DNA of 64,000 bases from an uncultured Methanosarcinales archaeon (GCA_964647565.1 CAZYIM010000008.1:12045-76044); one strand, 5' to 3'. Shown: positions 20,128-28,644, counted from the first letter of the stretch. Program-made: numbers and translations. The notes: generated by a model not told the origin, from the sequence alone.

Positions 20128-20601
20128 TTTATTTCTACCTCCTAAATCTGGCAATTCGATTACAAAAGAACATTCGATAAGATCTCCTCCTATTTTTCTT
20201 ATTAACTTAGCTGAGGCCCCCGCGGTACCTGCGGTCGCAATCAGATCGTCTACAAGCAACACCTTGTCACCTTCCAGGATAGCATCTTTATGGACCTCGA
20301 CTGCATCCTTGCCGTACTCCAGCTCATACTCTTCCTTGACGGTTTCTGCAGGCAGTTTGCCTGGCTTTCTTATCAGCACAAAACCTAGTCCTAGTTTGTA
20401 GGCAAGCACAGAGCCAAAGATAAAACCCCTGCTCTCGATACCCGCAATCTTGTCTATCTTCATATCCTTGTATCTTTCGTAGAATTGATCGCAGGTCTGC
20501 TTGAAGGCCTCTGGATGCTTTAGAAGCGTTGTAATATCCCTAAACATAACACCCTTGATCGGAAAGTCGGGCACTGTTCTGATAGTTGATTTTAAATCCA
20601 T
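20074..20601 (-). CDS. apt: adenine phosphoribosyltransferase
   Basis: PDFP..GVMFRDITTLL, GIESRGF, RKPGKLP, YELEYG, LLVDDLIAT; GGGGTGA RBS. Confidence 0.96.
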   Translation of the reverse strand: MDLKSTIRTVPDFPIKGVMFRDITTLLKHPEAFKQTCDQFYERYKDMKIDKIAGIESRGFIFGSVLAYKLGLGFVLIRKPGKLPAETVKEEYELEYGKDAVEVHKDAILEGDKVLLVDDLIATAGTAGASAKLIRKIGGDLIECSFVIELPDLGGRNKLEKQGLKVHSMIQFEGD

Positions 20602-20691
20602 ATTGATCACCCCGATTGAAGTTTCTTGTACTGATTTATATATTTTACCAAAGGGAGATGAAGGGGGGATGTATTTTATTAAATGGTGATA

Positions 20692-20776
20692 GAAAAATCA
20701 CAACAACATTGGCACAGACGGATTCCTTTACGGAATCCTACTTGCCTTTGGCTCGCCTGGCCATGTTGTGATTTTC
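20692..20776 (-). ncRNA. structured element copy A: unknown three-way-junction motif
   Basis: Minus strand UGGC-CAGGC-GA-[GCC AAA GGC]-AAGUA-[GGAUUCC GUAAA GGAAUCC]-GUCUG-U-GCCA closed by a 12-bp outer stem. Confidence 0.55.
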
Positions 20777-20848
20777 CAGCGCTTTGGCTGCCCACGAATG
20801 TTTCTTCGATGAGTAAATATTATATATTAGCTTTACTTCCCCTCTTCC

Positions 20849-21322
20849 ATGGAGGGTTGTACTTTTTGTGAAATCTATGAGAAGAAGGTGAATATTATCA
20901 ACGAGAATGAACATTTCTATTCTAGGTTTGACCTCTTTCCAGTCTCTCCAGGTCATGTAGAAATAATCCCTAAGAAACATATTGTCTCGCTTTTGGATCT
21001 TACTAATGAAGAGTGGGCGAATCTGCAGCAAGCCATAGATCATACGTGGAAGATCGTTCAACTGGCTGACAAGGCCAAGGTCTATGAAAATCTGTTAGAG
21101 AGTCCGTATAACAAGAAATCAGAAGTGTATCTTCGATTGATGCTGGAACATCCTGCTATTGATTTAAAGCCAAGAGATTTCAACTCAGGCAATAATGATG
21201 GGCCTGCTGCTGGCAGGACAATTGACCATCTGCATTATCACATAATTCCTAGATACGCGGGTGATATGGAGAAACCTCTTGGCGGCATTAGGAATATCAT
21301 CCCTGGTATGGGTAGATATTGA
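20849..21322 (+). CDS. HIT-family hydrolase
   Basis: CTFC, PVSPGH..IIPKKH, AGRTIDHLHYHIIPR (histidine triad). Confidence 0.92.
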   Translation: MEGCTFCEIYEKKVNIINENEHFYSRFDLFPVSPGHVEIIPKKHIVSLLDLTNEEWANLQQAIDHTWKIVQLADKAKVYENLLESPYNKKSEVYLRLMLEHPAIDLKPRDFNSGNNDGPAAGRTIDHLHYHIIPRYAGDMEKPLGGIRNIIPGMGRY

Positions 21323-21399
21323 TTCTATTGGTGGTTATTTATCTACTTCTGAGTGGTAAAAACAAAACATTTATAAACTCATTCTATTGCTTTAACATC

Positions 21400-22227
21400 A
21401 TGGTTAAAATTGAAGCTCCTTTGTTGACAACGTATTTTGTCAGGCACCAGGAATCAGTCCAGAACAAACAAGGTTTTGGACCTTCTGATACTGATCTGAC
21501 TGAGGAAGGCAAGCAAAACGTCAGGGATATAGTCAAATTGTTCAACCATGTTGGTGTTGATAATATCGACTATATATTTTGTGGCGATCTGAAAAGACAT
21601 GATCAGACGTTAAATGCACTTCTTGATCAAATAGATTTCAAAGGACATATACGATTTGATGAAAAATTGAATGCATTCTTTAATCATCCTATGTTAGAAG
21701 GTGATCCTGAAAAGACTGAAAAAGAGTATGATCTTGCAAGATTCAAGAGAGGAGACAATGGCCTTTACGAAATCAGATTATCTGATAATAAAACTCTCGG
21801 CTTTGATCCCCAAGGAACAGGCGTTTATCCATTTGATCCTCTTTATTCCTGGGCGTATTTTGATAAGGATATAAGACAAGCAGTATTTCCTGATGTGCAG
21901 GATTTGGCTACGTTTGATGAAGTTGAGAGGAAGGTAAAAATGTTCCAGGCCTCATTGATTCACGAGATCAAACCTGCAAGACCGCAGAATGTGGTTGCAA
22001 TCTCTTCCTGTTCGCCAAGCGGTTATAATCTGGAATATTCTGCCTTTGAAACTATTGGTGAAAACTTGTTTGTATCTTTGGGCAGTGAGAATAATTCGAT
22101 TTTCTATCAAAAACATGATGAACTGATGATTCTTGGATATTCTCGAGAGGATTATCTTCAGAACAATGATAAACTTAGAGTAATAGAAGGAAATATAAAG
22201 ATCAAGAATTTTATTAATAGAACATGA
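21400..22227 (+). CDS. histidine phosphatase superfamily protein
   Basis: YFVRHQES...LTEEG...DLKR..QT (RHG-like motif). Confidence 0.75.
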   Translation: MVKIEAPLLTTYFVRHQESVQNKQGFGPSDTDLTEEGKQNVRDIVKLFNHVGVDNIDYIFCGDLKRHDQTLNALLDQIDFKGHIRFDEKLNAFFNHPMLEGDPEKTEKEYDLARFKRGDNGLYEIRLSDNKTLGFDPQGTGVYPFDPLYSWAYFDKDIRQAVFPDVQDLATFDEVERKVKMFQASLIHEIKPARPQNVVAISSCSPSGYNLEYSAFETIGENLFVSLGSENNSIFYQKHDELMILGYSREDYLQNNDKLRVIEGNIKIKNFINRT

Positions 22228-23684
22228 AGCCTTTCATCAATCTGGGTACTAGAAACAAAGGCACTTTCTGGGAATATTTGAGCGCTTATTCTTTTCGGCA
22301 TACCAAACTTCCTATAACTAAATATGAAATTTCCTCGTTTCTTGGTTATGGGGCTGGCGAGCCAAACATGCATTGCCATAATAAAGATGTGATTGAGCAA
22401 ACCATTAAATTGATGATGGCTGAATTCAACCAAGGCAAATACAATCAGAAATTCTTTAATATTCTGGATGCAGTCTATCGTTTGCCATATGATGATATTA
22501 AAATAAAACTGAAAACATCTCTACCTAAGAATCTGCTTGATATAATAAATCTCTTTGAGACTGTTTTCAAAGCAATGGCAGAAACTCATAAGCCCATGTT
22601 GTTGGCATTGAAATCACAATACCTGAACAATTTTTTCCGTGAAGAACTAAAAAAGGTTTTGAGTAAGAGTGAAAAAAACAGGCTTGTTGAATATACAACA
22701 CTGCTTCTTACACCAACCAAGCTAACATTTGTTCAAATGGAAGAAACCAAATTGTTCGAGCTTCATAAAGAATTTGAAACCTTATATGAAACAAAAAGCA
22801 AATCTTTGTTTAAGGAATTTTGTCGATTACCAAATATTCAGAAAAAATTAAAGACATTGGCTCGAAGTTATGGTTGGTTTCATATGGAATACTCTCAGTT
22901 GCCCTGGGATGTTAAAGAGCATGAAGCACACTTATGGAACCGGATTGAAAAAAGTTCTGAAATTAAGGCGCCAGCAATTAAGATAACAGAAGCAAAACTT
23001 GCACAAAAAGAATTCTTTAAGCGACATCCGGATTCAGAAAGATTGAAAAAATTGACTTTCGCTCTACAGGAATTCTCGATGATTCTAGACTTTTCAAAAG
23101 CAATTGTGATCCATGAGTCTTACCTTGCAAGGCCATTGTTTAATGAGATAGCAAGAAGATTAGATATTAGCTGGAATGAGCTGCTCTATTTGACCATGCC
23201 AGAGATAGTGGATCTTCTGAAGAAAGATTGCAAGGCCGACAAGACACTAATCGCTCTGAGGAAGAAACACAGATTAGTCTTGCAGCGGGATGGCAAGATT
23301 CGTGTCTATCAGGGGCCAGAAGCATTGAAGCTTGCAGAACAGCTGATTGATGACCAATCAGATCAAGAAGAGATCCGTGGCGTTATTGGTTGCCAGGGAA
23401 AATATAAGGGTGAGGTAATAATCATTCGCTCGATAAAGGATAAAGCTAAGTTTCGCAAAGGCGCTGTCTTAGTGACACATGATGGATCTGCAGAGATGAC
23501 CATGTTCCTTAAGCAGGCAGGTGCAATTGTTACAGAACAGGGAGGTATGATCTGTCATGCTGCGATTGTTGCCAGGGAGATGAAGATTCCGTGTATTGTG
23601 GGCACTAAGAATGCAACAAAACTTCTGAAAGACGGTGACCTGGTCGAAATCGATGCGTTTAGGGGAACAGTGAAAAAGATCTGA
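22224..23684 (+). CDS. PEP-utilising enzyme mobile (phospho-His) domain protein
   Basis: AIVTEQGGMICHAAIVAREMKIPCIVGT..AT..LKDGDLVEIDA..G. Confidence 0.88.
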   Translation: MKPFINLGTRNKGTFWEYLSAYSFRHTKLPITKYEISSFLGYGAGEPNMHCHNKDVIEQTIKLMMAEFNQGKYNQKFFNILDAVYRLPYDDIKIKLKTSLPKNLLDIINLFETVFKAMAETHKPMLLALKSQYLNNFFREELKKVLSKSEKNRLVEYTTLLLTPTKLTFVQMEETKLFELHKEFETLYETKSKSLFKEFCRLPNIQKKLKTLARSYGWFHMEYSQLPWDVKEHEAHLWNRIEKSSEIKAPAIKITEAKLAQKEFFKRHPDSERLKKLTFALQEFSMILDFSKAIVIHESYLARPLFNEIARRLDISWNELLYLTMPEIVDLLKKDCKADKTLIALRKKHRLVLQRDGKIRVYQGPEALKLAEQLIDDQSDQEEIRGVIGCQGKYKGEVIIIRSIKDKAKFRKGAVLVTHDGSAEMTMFLKQAGAIVTEQGGMICHAAIVAREMKIPCIVGTKNATKLLKDGDLVEIDAFRGTVKKI

Positions 23685-23689
23685 TCACT

Positions 23690-23968
23690 TTACTTTTGCC
23701 CGCAACAGTTCTTGTTTAATGGCTTGTATAACAATTCCCCTTTGTCGTCGACTGCTCCACATCTGGTGATCATCATGGCCATGTTTTCTTCGACAGCAAC
23801 TTTAAAGAGTTTACTAGATGTTGGACATGAACTATAAGGTGGATTATCTTTTTTCCTGTCGCAATTGTAACAGAGGCATTCTTCTCGCCTGGCCTCATCC
23901 ATTTCTTTATTTGCCCAGATCTTAGGAGGAATCTCCTTTTTTGGGTTTGCAATTAATTCTATTCCCAT
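23690..23968 (-). CDS. small Cys-rich hypothetical protein
   Basis: GGGAG RBS; ECLCYNC...SCP...RC. Confidence 0.6.
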   Translation of the reverse strand: MGIELIANPKKEIPPKIWANKEMDEARREECLCYNCDRKKDNPPYSSCPTSSKLFKVAVEENMAMMITRCGAVDDKGELLYKPLNKNCCGQK

Positions 23969-23986
23969 TTTTTAACTCCCCCACCT

Positions 23987-24721
23987 CTATTTTTTCTTAA
24001 CAACCTCTCCGAAAGCATCTCCATAAAGAGTGTAACTAGTGATGCCCATAAAACCCGAGTAGATGATTGATAGTATGAAGTAGATTAAGAAAGCAAATCC
24101 AGTCCATATTAGCGGTATAGTGCCGCTGCCCATCACTATTGAGGGTAATGAGATCAGCCTATAGATTATCTGCAGTACGGTGGATCCTACAATGGAATAC
24201 GCAAGGATTATCAGCCAGGCAATAAGATATGATTGGGTGAATGCACGTTTGAAGATCAACTTAAAGTTAAATGCATCTCCAAATTTATTCTTATTGATAA
24301 AATGCATGATCGCCATTGGTGATATATAGCCATAAAAGACAGCAAAGATCACGAAAAACAGTAACAATACAAGGAAGATCAGTATTGCAACAACTATCGT
24401 TCCAGTACCAGTTAATGTTGATGCGCCTGTGCTGAACAATTTTAGTGAGAGTACAATCACAATAGCAATTGCTATTACAATTAGTATGGGTATACAATAG
24501 ATGATAAGTATTATAGAGCCTAAAAGTCCGTTTACCCAGAGCTGGCTCCAGTTTTTCCATTCTGGCAGCTCAAACTTTTTTTTCATAGCAGACTTTGCAC
24601 ATTCAAAAAAATATCCTATTGTCCAGAAATTAATAATTGGTAGCCAACAAAGAAGAATCGCGATCAGGAGTTTCTTGAAATCTTTTAGAGGCCTTTTTAG
24701 TGCCAGAACAATTTCAACCAT
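23987..24721 (-). CDS. DUF4013-like membrane protein
   Basis: PIINF..IGY...LPEW.NW..L...G pattern and multiple TM helices. Confidence 0.75.
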   Translation of the reverse strand: MVEIVLALKRPLKDFKKLLIAILLCWLPIINFWTIGYFFECAKSAMKKKFELPEWKNWSQLWVNGLLGSIILIIYCIPILIVIAIAIVIVLSLKLFSTGASTLTGTGTIVVAILIFLVLLLFFVIFAVFYGYISPMAIMHFINKNKFGDAFNFKLIFKRAFTQSYLIAWLIILAYSIVGSTVLQIIYRLISLPSIVMGSGTIPLIWTGFAFLIYFILSIIYSGFMGITSYTLYGDAFGEVVKKK

Positions 24722-24784
24722 TTTGTTATTCTTTTCCTTTGATTAATACTTTATAAAATTATCGAAACACATTCTATCAGAAAC

Positions 24785-24927
24785 GACTCTATCCAGAAAG
24801 GAGGATTTATCCCGCCTAGCGTAGCCGAGTGTTTAGGATCTGATTAAAATAGGATCGGTTTACAGTCGATAACATAATGGGTGCGAAGCGCGGGAAAATT
24901 CTCTGCGTGAGCATTCTGGACAGAGCA
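24785..24927. mobile_element. 143-bp MITE, copy 1
   Basis: Imperfect TIR gactctatccaga/tctggacagagca; perfect 8-bp target duplication TCAGAAAC (24777-24784, 24928-24935); highly similar to 27358..27500. Confidence 0.85.
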
Positions 24928-25032
24928 TCAGAAACGAAAAATTTATATATATTATTTGTTAGAATCTTAGTATTGTAATGAACACGCAAAACAATTTCTG
25001 TAATTTTTATAAACAAGAAACATGTCTATAAA

Positions 25033-25137
25033 ATGAGTCCGCTGGATGAATCCCAACCATTAGATCGATGTAAGCATTGTGGAGCAAAGATTTCTCCTGA
25101 TGATGTAATCTGTCCCAAGTGTGGTGCAGATATATAG
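25033..25137 (+). CDS. 34-aa zinc-ribbon microprotein
   Basis: MSPLDESQPLDRCKHCGAKISPDDVICPKCGADI*, with CxxC...CPxCG; TATA (tttataaa) about 25 nt upstream. Confidence 0.7.
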   Translation: MSPLDESQPLDRCKHCGAKISPDDVICPKCGADI

Positions 25138-25149
25138 AATTTGTTTTTT

Positions 25150-25926
25150 TTATTCTTTCTTGTCTGCTTCAGGCTTTGCATCAGCTGGTTTTCCTTCTTC
25201 AGCTTTACCTTCACCAGGAGCAGCCGCAGCTTCTTCAGCAGGCACGACCTTGTTGATGACAACCTCTGAGATTTCAGCTTCTCGCATCTTATCAACAATG
25301 GAAGACCTTGTCTTACCGGTCATAGATGCTAGTATCTCTTTGGCTTTCTTTTCTTCTTCTTCATGTTTCTTGACAAGCTCTTCTTGGAGTTTCTTTTTCT
25401 CTTCTTCCAAAGCAGCTCTCTCTTCATCAGACAACTCTGTCTTTTCCTCTTTGATTTCCTTGTCAAACTTACCTTCATCAATCAGCTTAAAGGCTTCAGA
25501 TGCCTTGACACCTTCAACCATGATGCCCATAGAATTACAGGTTCCGACTATTTCCTTGATTTTCTCTTTCATGGTTTTTCCTAAAAGAGCGTCTTCCTTC
25601 ATCTTAGCGATCTTGATAACTTGAACAATGGCCAGGTCTGCAATAAGCTCTGATTGAGGTACTCCTGATCCTTTTTCAACGCCTGCTTCTTTCTTGATTA
25701 GTGAAGCTGCGGGTGGAGTTCCTATAGAAATCTCGAAAGCCTTGGTGTCAGAGTCTATGATGACTTTGACTGGTACCTGCATTCCCTTAAAGGCCTCGGT
25801 CTTTTTGTTTATCTCTGCAACTACTTCGCCGATATTTACGCCTTTAGGTCCTAGAGCAGGTCCTAGTGGAGGTGCAGCTGTTGCCTTTCCTCCTTCTACC
25901 AATGCTTCTACAGTTTCCTTTGCCAT
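25150..25926 (-). CDS. rpl11: 50S ribosomal protein L11 with about 100-aa C-terminal extension
   Basis: GGKATAAPPLGPALGP, GMQVPV, PPAASLIKK, EIVGTCNSMGI. Confidence 0.95.
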   Translation of the reverse strand: MAKETVEALVEGGKATAAPPLGPALGPKGVNIGEVVAEINKKTEAFKGMQVPVKVIIDSDTKAFEISIGTPPAASLIKKEAGVEKGSGVPQSELIADLAIVQVIKIAKMKEDALLGKTMKEKIKEIVGTCNSMGIMVEGVKASEAFKLIDEGKFDKEIKEEKTELSDEERAALEEEKKKLQEELVKKHEEEEKKAKEILASMTGKTRSSIVDKMREAEISEVVINKVVPAEEAAAAPGEGKAEEGKPADAKPEADKKE

Positions 25927-25974
25927 AATAGTTCTCAGGAAAAACAGGGCATTTATAAAGGTTATGAAAACCTG

Positions 25975-26163
25975 GGCTATTATGAAAACCTCTGGATTTT
26001 TATGTTCGTCTGTGCCATTGTTGTCATTGTTTTCGACTGAAAAGGAGAACAACAATGGAAAGGCCAGACGTAATCGACGAGGTTAAGCTATAAAATAGCT
26101 TTGTTCTCGTCGATGTAGTAGGACATGAAAATCCTAAAAGAAGTAAAGGGTTTCATAATAGCC
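25975..26163 (+). mobile_element. 189-bp MITE carrying a permuted copy (C) of the three-way-junction motif
   Basis: TIR ggctattatgaaaacct/agggtttcataatagcc (1 mismatch); 9-bp direct repeat GAAAACCTG at 25966-25974 and 26164-26172. Confidence 0.8.
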
Positions 26164-26179
26164 GAAAACCTGTAACTAA

Positions 26180-27313
26180 TCATCCAAGCTTTTCTGTGAT
26201 CAGACACTTGGGTTTATCAATAAAAATGTGTGCGCATTTGTCTCCTTTTAGTTCTGATTCCAGATTGTTTCTGATTTTCCAGTATTCATCTGGAGGAAAA
26301 CTTGCGTGTAGTACTGCTTTACCGTAATTCATCTTTTCCAATTCTTCTTTTAAGTCTGTAAATATACATGATTTGATCAGTTTAAACCCTGTCAAGAAAG
26401 TATTATTTATTTGCGCATCACAGGTTATCAAGACCTTGCCGAAGTCGAGTTTTTTTGCATTTGGAGTATTCTCTAAGGATCTTAAAAGGATGTCAAGCAT
26501 ATTTGCTTTAAGTATGGCTTTGTCCGGATCATATATGAATTTCCTTGGTGTTTTTGAAAAACCTGAGCATTCTATAATTTTGCCGTCCCAGTTAAGCATT
26601 GCTTCTTCTGGTAGGGCTACTACTGAGGTCCTACACTTAGCTAGCTTACCGAAATAAGTGGTAAGTCTATTTAGAGAGTTATTAATAGATATATATTCAA
26701 GTTCACAATCTTCTGGAGGCTCTTTGAGCTGGGGTGGAAGCTCAAGTGAAAGATTGGCCTTGATTTTTTGGCTTGTGCTTAAGAGAAATCCGAGCTTGGG
26801 TGAAATGTTCTCGATATTCCTCGATTTTTCACTTGGTGCTCTTTCTGGATCACAGAATACAATATTAGCATCTTTTATCTTGCTTAGTTCTTCTTCTGCC
26901 AGCCCATGGATAAAAATAACATTATGTGATCCTGCTTGTTTGATATTAAATTTAGCATACTCTATTTTTCTTTTATCCTTCTCAATAGCATATACCTTGT
27001 CACATTTTTTTGCAAATGCAAGAGTTTGGATGCCAATTCCACATCCAACATCCACAAGGGTTTTGCACTTTAACCGTCTTGCTCTGTATTCTGCTACCAG
27101 AGGATTGGTTGCAAATCTTAGGTCATTTTTTTGATAGATAAAATTATCAGGTAGGTGTTTGGTCTTTTTTCCAATTATCCTGGCTTTGGCTATCTCATAG
27201 GCTTCTGAATCATACTCTTTTCCCAGATTGTCAACTATCTGTTCTTGAGAATATCCTGCCCTAAGCCAATCCTCTATTCTTCTGGCTGTTTTAAGAAGAG
27301 ACTTAAATCCCAT
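26180..27313 (-). CDS. class I SAM-dependent methyltransferase (RNA methyltransferase-like, C-terminal THUMP-like region)
   Basis: VDVGCGIGIQ, AIE.D, FCDPER. Confidence 0.8.
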   Translation of the reverse strand: MGFKSLLKTARRIEDWLRAGYSQEQIVDNLGKEYDSEAYEIAKARIIGKKTKHLPDNFIYQKNDLRFATNPLVAEYRARRLKCKTLVDVGCGIGIQTLAFAKKCDKVYAIEKDKRKIEYAKFNIKQAGSHNVIFIHGLAEEELSKIKDANIVFCDPERAPSEKSRNIENISPKLGFLLSTSQKIKANLSLELPPQLKEPPEDCELEYISINNSLNRLTTYFGKLAKCRTSVVALPEEAMLNWDGKIIECSGFSKTPRKFIYDPDKAILKANMLDILLRSLENTPNAKKLDFGKVLITCDAQINNTFLTGFKLIKSCIFTDLKEELEKMNYGKAVLHASFPPDEYWKIRNNLESELKGDKCAHIFIDKPKCLITEKLG

Positions 27314-27357
27314 AAGGTATGGTCAAGATATTTGGATTAAAAAAGTTATTGATTATG

Positions 27358-27500
27358 GGCTCTGTTCAGCAAGGAGGATTTATCCTGCCTAGCGTAGCCA
27401 AGTGTTTAGGATCTGATTAAAATAGAATCGGTTTACAGCAGATAACATAATGGGTGCGAAGCGCGGGAAAATTCTCTGCAAAATCATTCTGGACCGAGTC
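27358..27500. mobile_element. 143-bp MITE, copy 2
   Basis: TIR ggctctgttcag/ctggaccgagtc; flanks TGATTATG / TGATTATC (7 of 8 match). Confidence 0.85.
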
Positions 27501-27544
27501 TGATTATCGATACATTTTTATTATCTTATTTAATTCTCAGATTC

Positions 27545-27733
27545 ATGGTTGTGCTTGAGGATAACGGCCGATGTGTGATTCGCTATGAACAGGGTTGGAT
27601 GAAAGCCAGCTACCATACTATCGGTAAAGAGACTATTGATGATAACACCAGACTCCAAGCAGCTAAAATGATGATTTATTCTTCAATCAAGCTATTGTTG
27701 GGTGCTTATACTGATCGCATCAACCATGATTAA
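27545..27733 (+). CDS. small hypothetical protein
   Basis: 62-aa ORF after an AT-rich promoter-like stretch. Confidence 0.4.
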   Translation: MVVLEDNGRCVIRYEQGWMKASYHTIGKETIDDNTRLQAAKMMIYSSIKLLLGAYTDRINHD

Positions 27734-27775
27734 AGATTGACAAACTTTAAAAGATAATTAATCTTTCTTAGGTGC

Positions 27776-28642
27776 ATGAAAGTTCTTATCCTTGGAGGTA
27801 GCGGATATCTGGGTTCTAAGCTTATGGAAAAATGGAAGAATAGGCATGATGTATTGGGTACCTATTTTAACAATGAACATGAGGGCTTGGTGGAATTAGA
27901 TATTCGAGATAAAGACCGGTTGGTCAGGACAACAGTCGGTTTTAAGCCAGACATCATTGTGAACACCTCTGCTTTTTCAAGTGTTGATTTCTGTGAAGAT
28001 CATCCTAAAAAAGCATTAGATCTCAACACAAAAGCTGTAAGGACATTGTCAGATCTTTGTGAGTATGATGGTATTAAATTGATCCACATCTCGTCAGGTT
28101 CTATTTTTAAGGGTGATGTTGGCAACTATTCTGAGAATGACCTTCCTGATCCTATAAATACGTATGGATTAACAAAGGGTCTTGCTGACAGGCATCTGAT
28201 AGAAAAAAATGATAACTATATCATTGCCAGAGTCAGTCTGTTATATGGTCATAAGGATCCTGAAGGTAAGAAATTTGCAGATTGGATATTGAATAATTTA
28301 CGCAATGGAACTGAACTTGACCTCGCTGTCGATACTTTTTGCAGTCCAGGTGTTACAGAAGATGTTGCGAGTGCTCTTGAAACCCTTATAGACAAGGGAA
28401 GAACAGGGATATACAATATTGCTGGCCCTGAAATAATAAGCAAGTATGATTTTGCCATTAAGATTGCACAAATATATGGTCTGAATGAGAATCTGATAAA
28501 ACCCATTAAACAAGCAGACTTAAGGGGATTAGCTCCCAGGGCTGCAGATGTTTCATTAAACATCAATAAATTGACTTTAGAAGGGATCAAGATGCGAAAT
28601 ATTTATGAAGGTATTAATTTTATGAAAGATTGTGGGGTGTGA
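27776..28642 (+). CDS. rfbD: dTDP-4-dehydrorhamnose reductase-like SDR
   Basis: GGSGYLG, VDFCE, PINTYGLTK (YxxxK), GIYNIAG..ISKYDFA. Confidence 0.85.
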   Translation: MKVLILGGSGYLGSKLMEKWKNRHDVLGTYFNNEHEGLVELDIRDKDRLVRTTVGFKPDIIVNTSAFSSVDFCEDHPKKALDLNTKAVRTLSDLCEYDGIKLIHISSGSIFKGDVGNYSENDLPDPINTYGLTKGLADRHLIEKNDNYIIARVSLLYGHKDPEGKKFADWILNNLRNGTELDLAVDTFCSPGVTEDVASALETLIDKGRTGIYNIAGPEIISKYDFAIKIAQIYGLNENLIKPIKQADLRGLAPRAADVSLNINKLTLEGIKMRNIYEGINFMKDCGV

Positions 28643-28644
28643 AC

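Noticed and set aside
20710..20763. Hammerhead or HDV-like ribozyme assignment for the repeated motif
   Set aside because: No CUGANGA/GAAA core, and no nested double pseudoknot could be built on either strand
25927..26055. N-terminal extension of L11 in the ORF track
   Set aside because: Runs through the promoter and MITE; L11 homology starts at MAKETVE (25926)
24785..27500. Near-identical repeats as the TR/VR pair of a diversity-generating retroelement
   Set aside because: Both are intergenic, differences are not confined to adenines, no reverse transcriptase is in the window, and each has TIRs and a target duplication
24777..27508. Composite transposon carrying rpl11
   Set aside because: Each MITE has its own distinct target duplication; the outer flanks do not match each other
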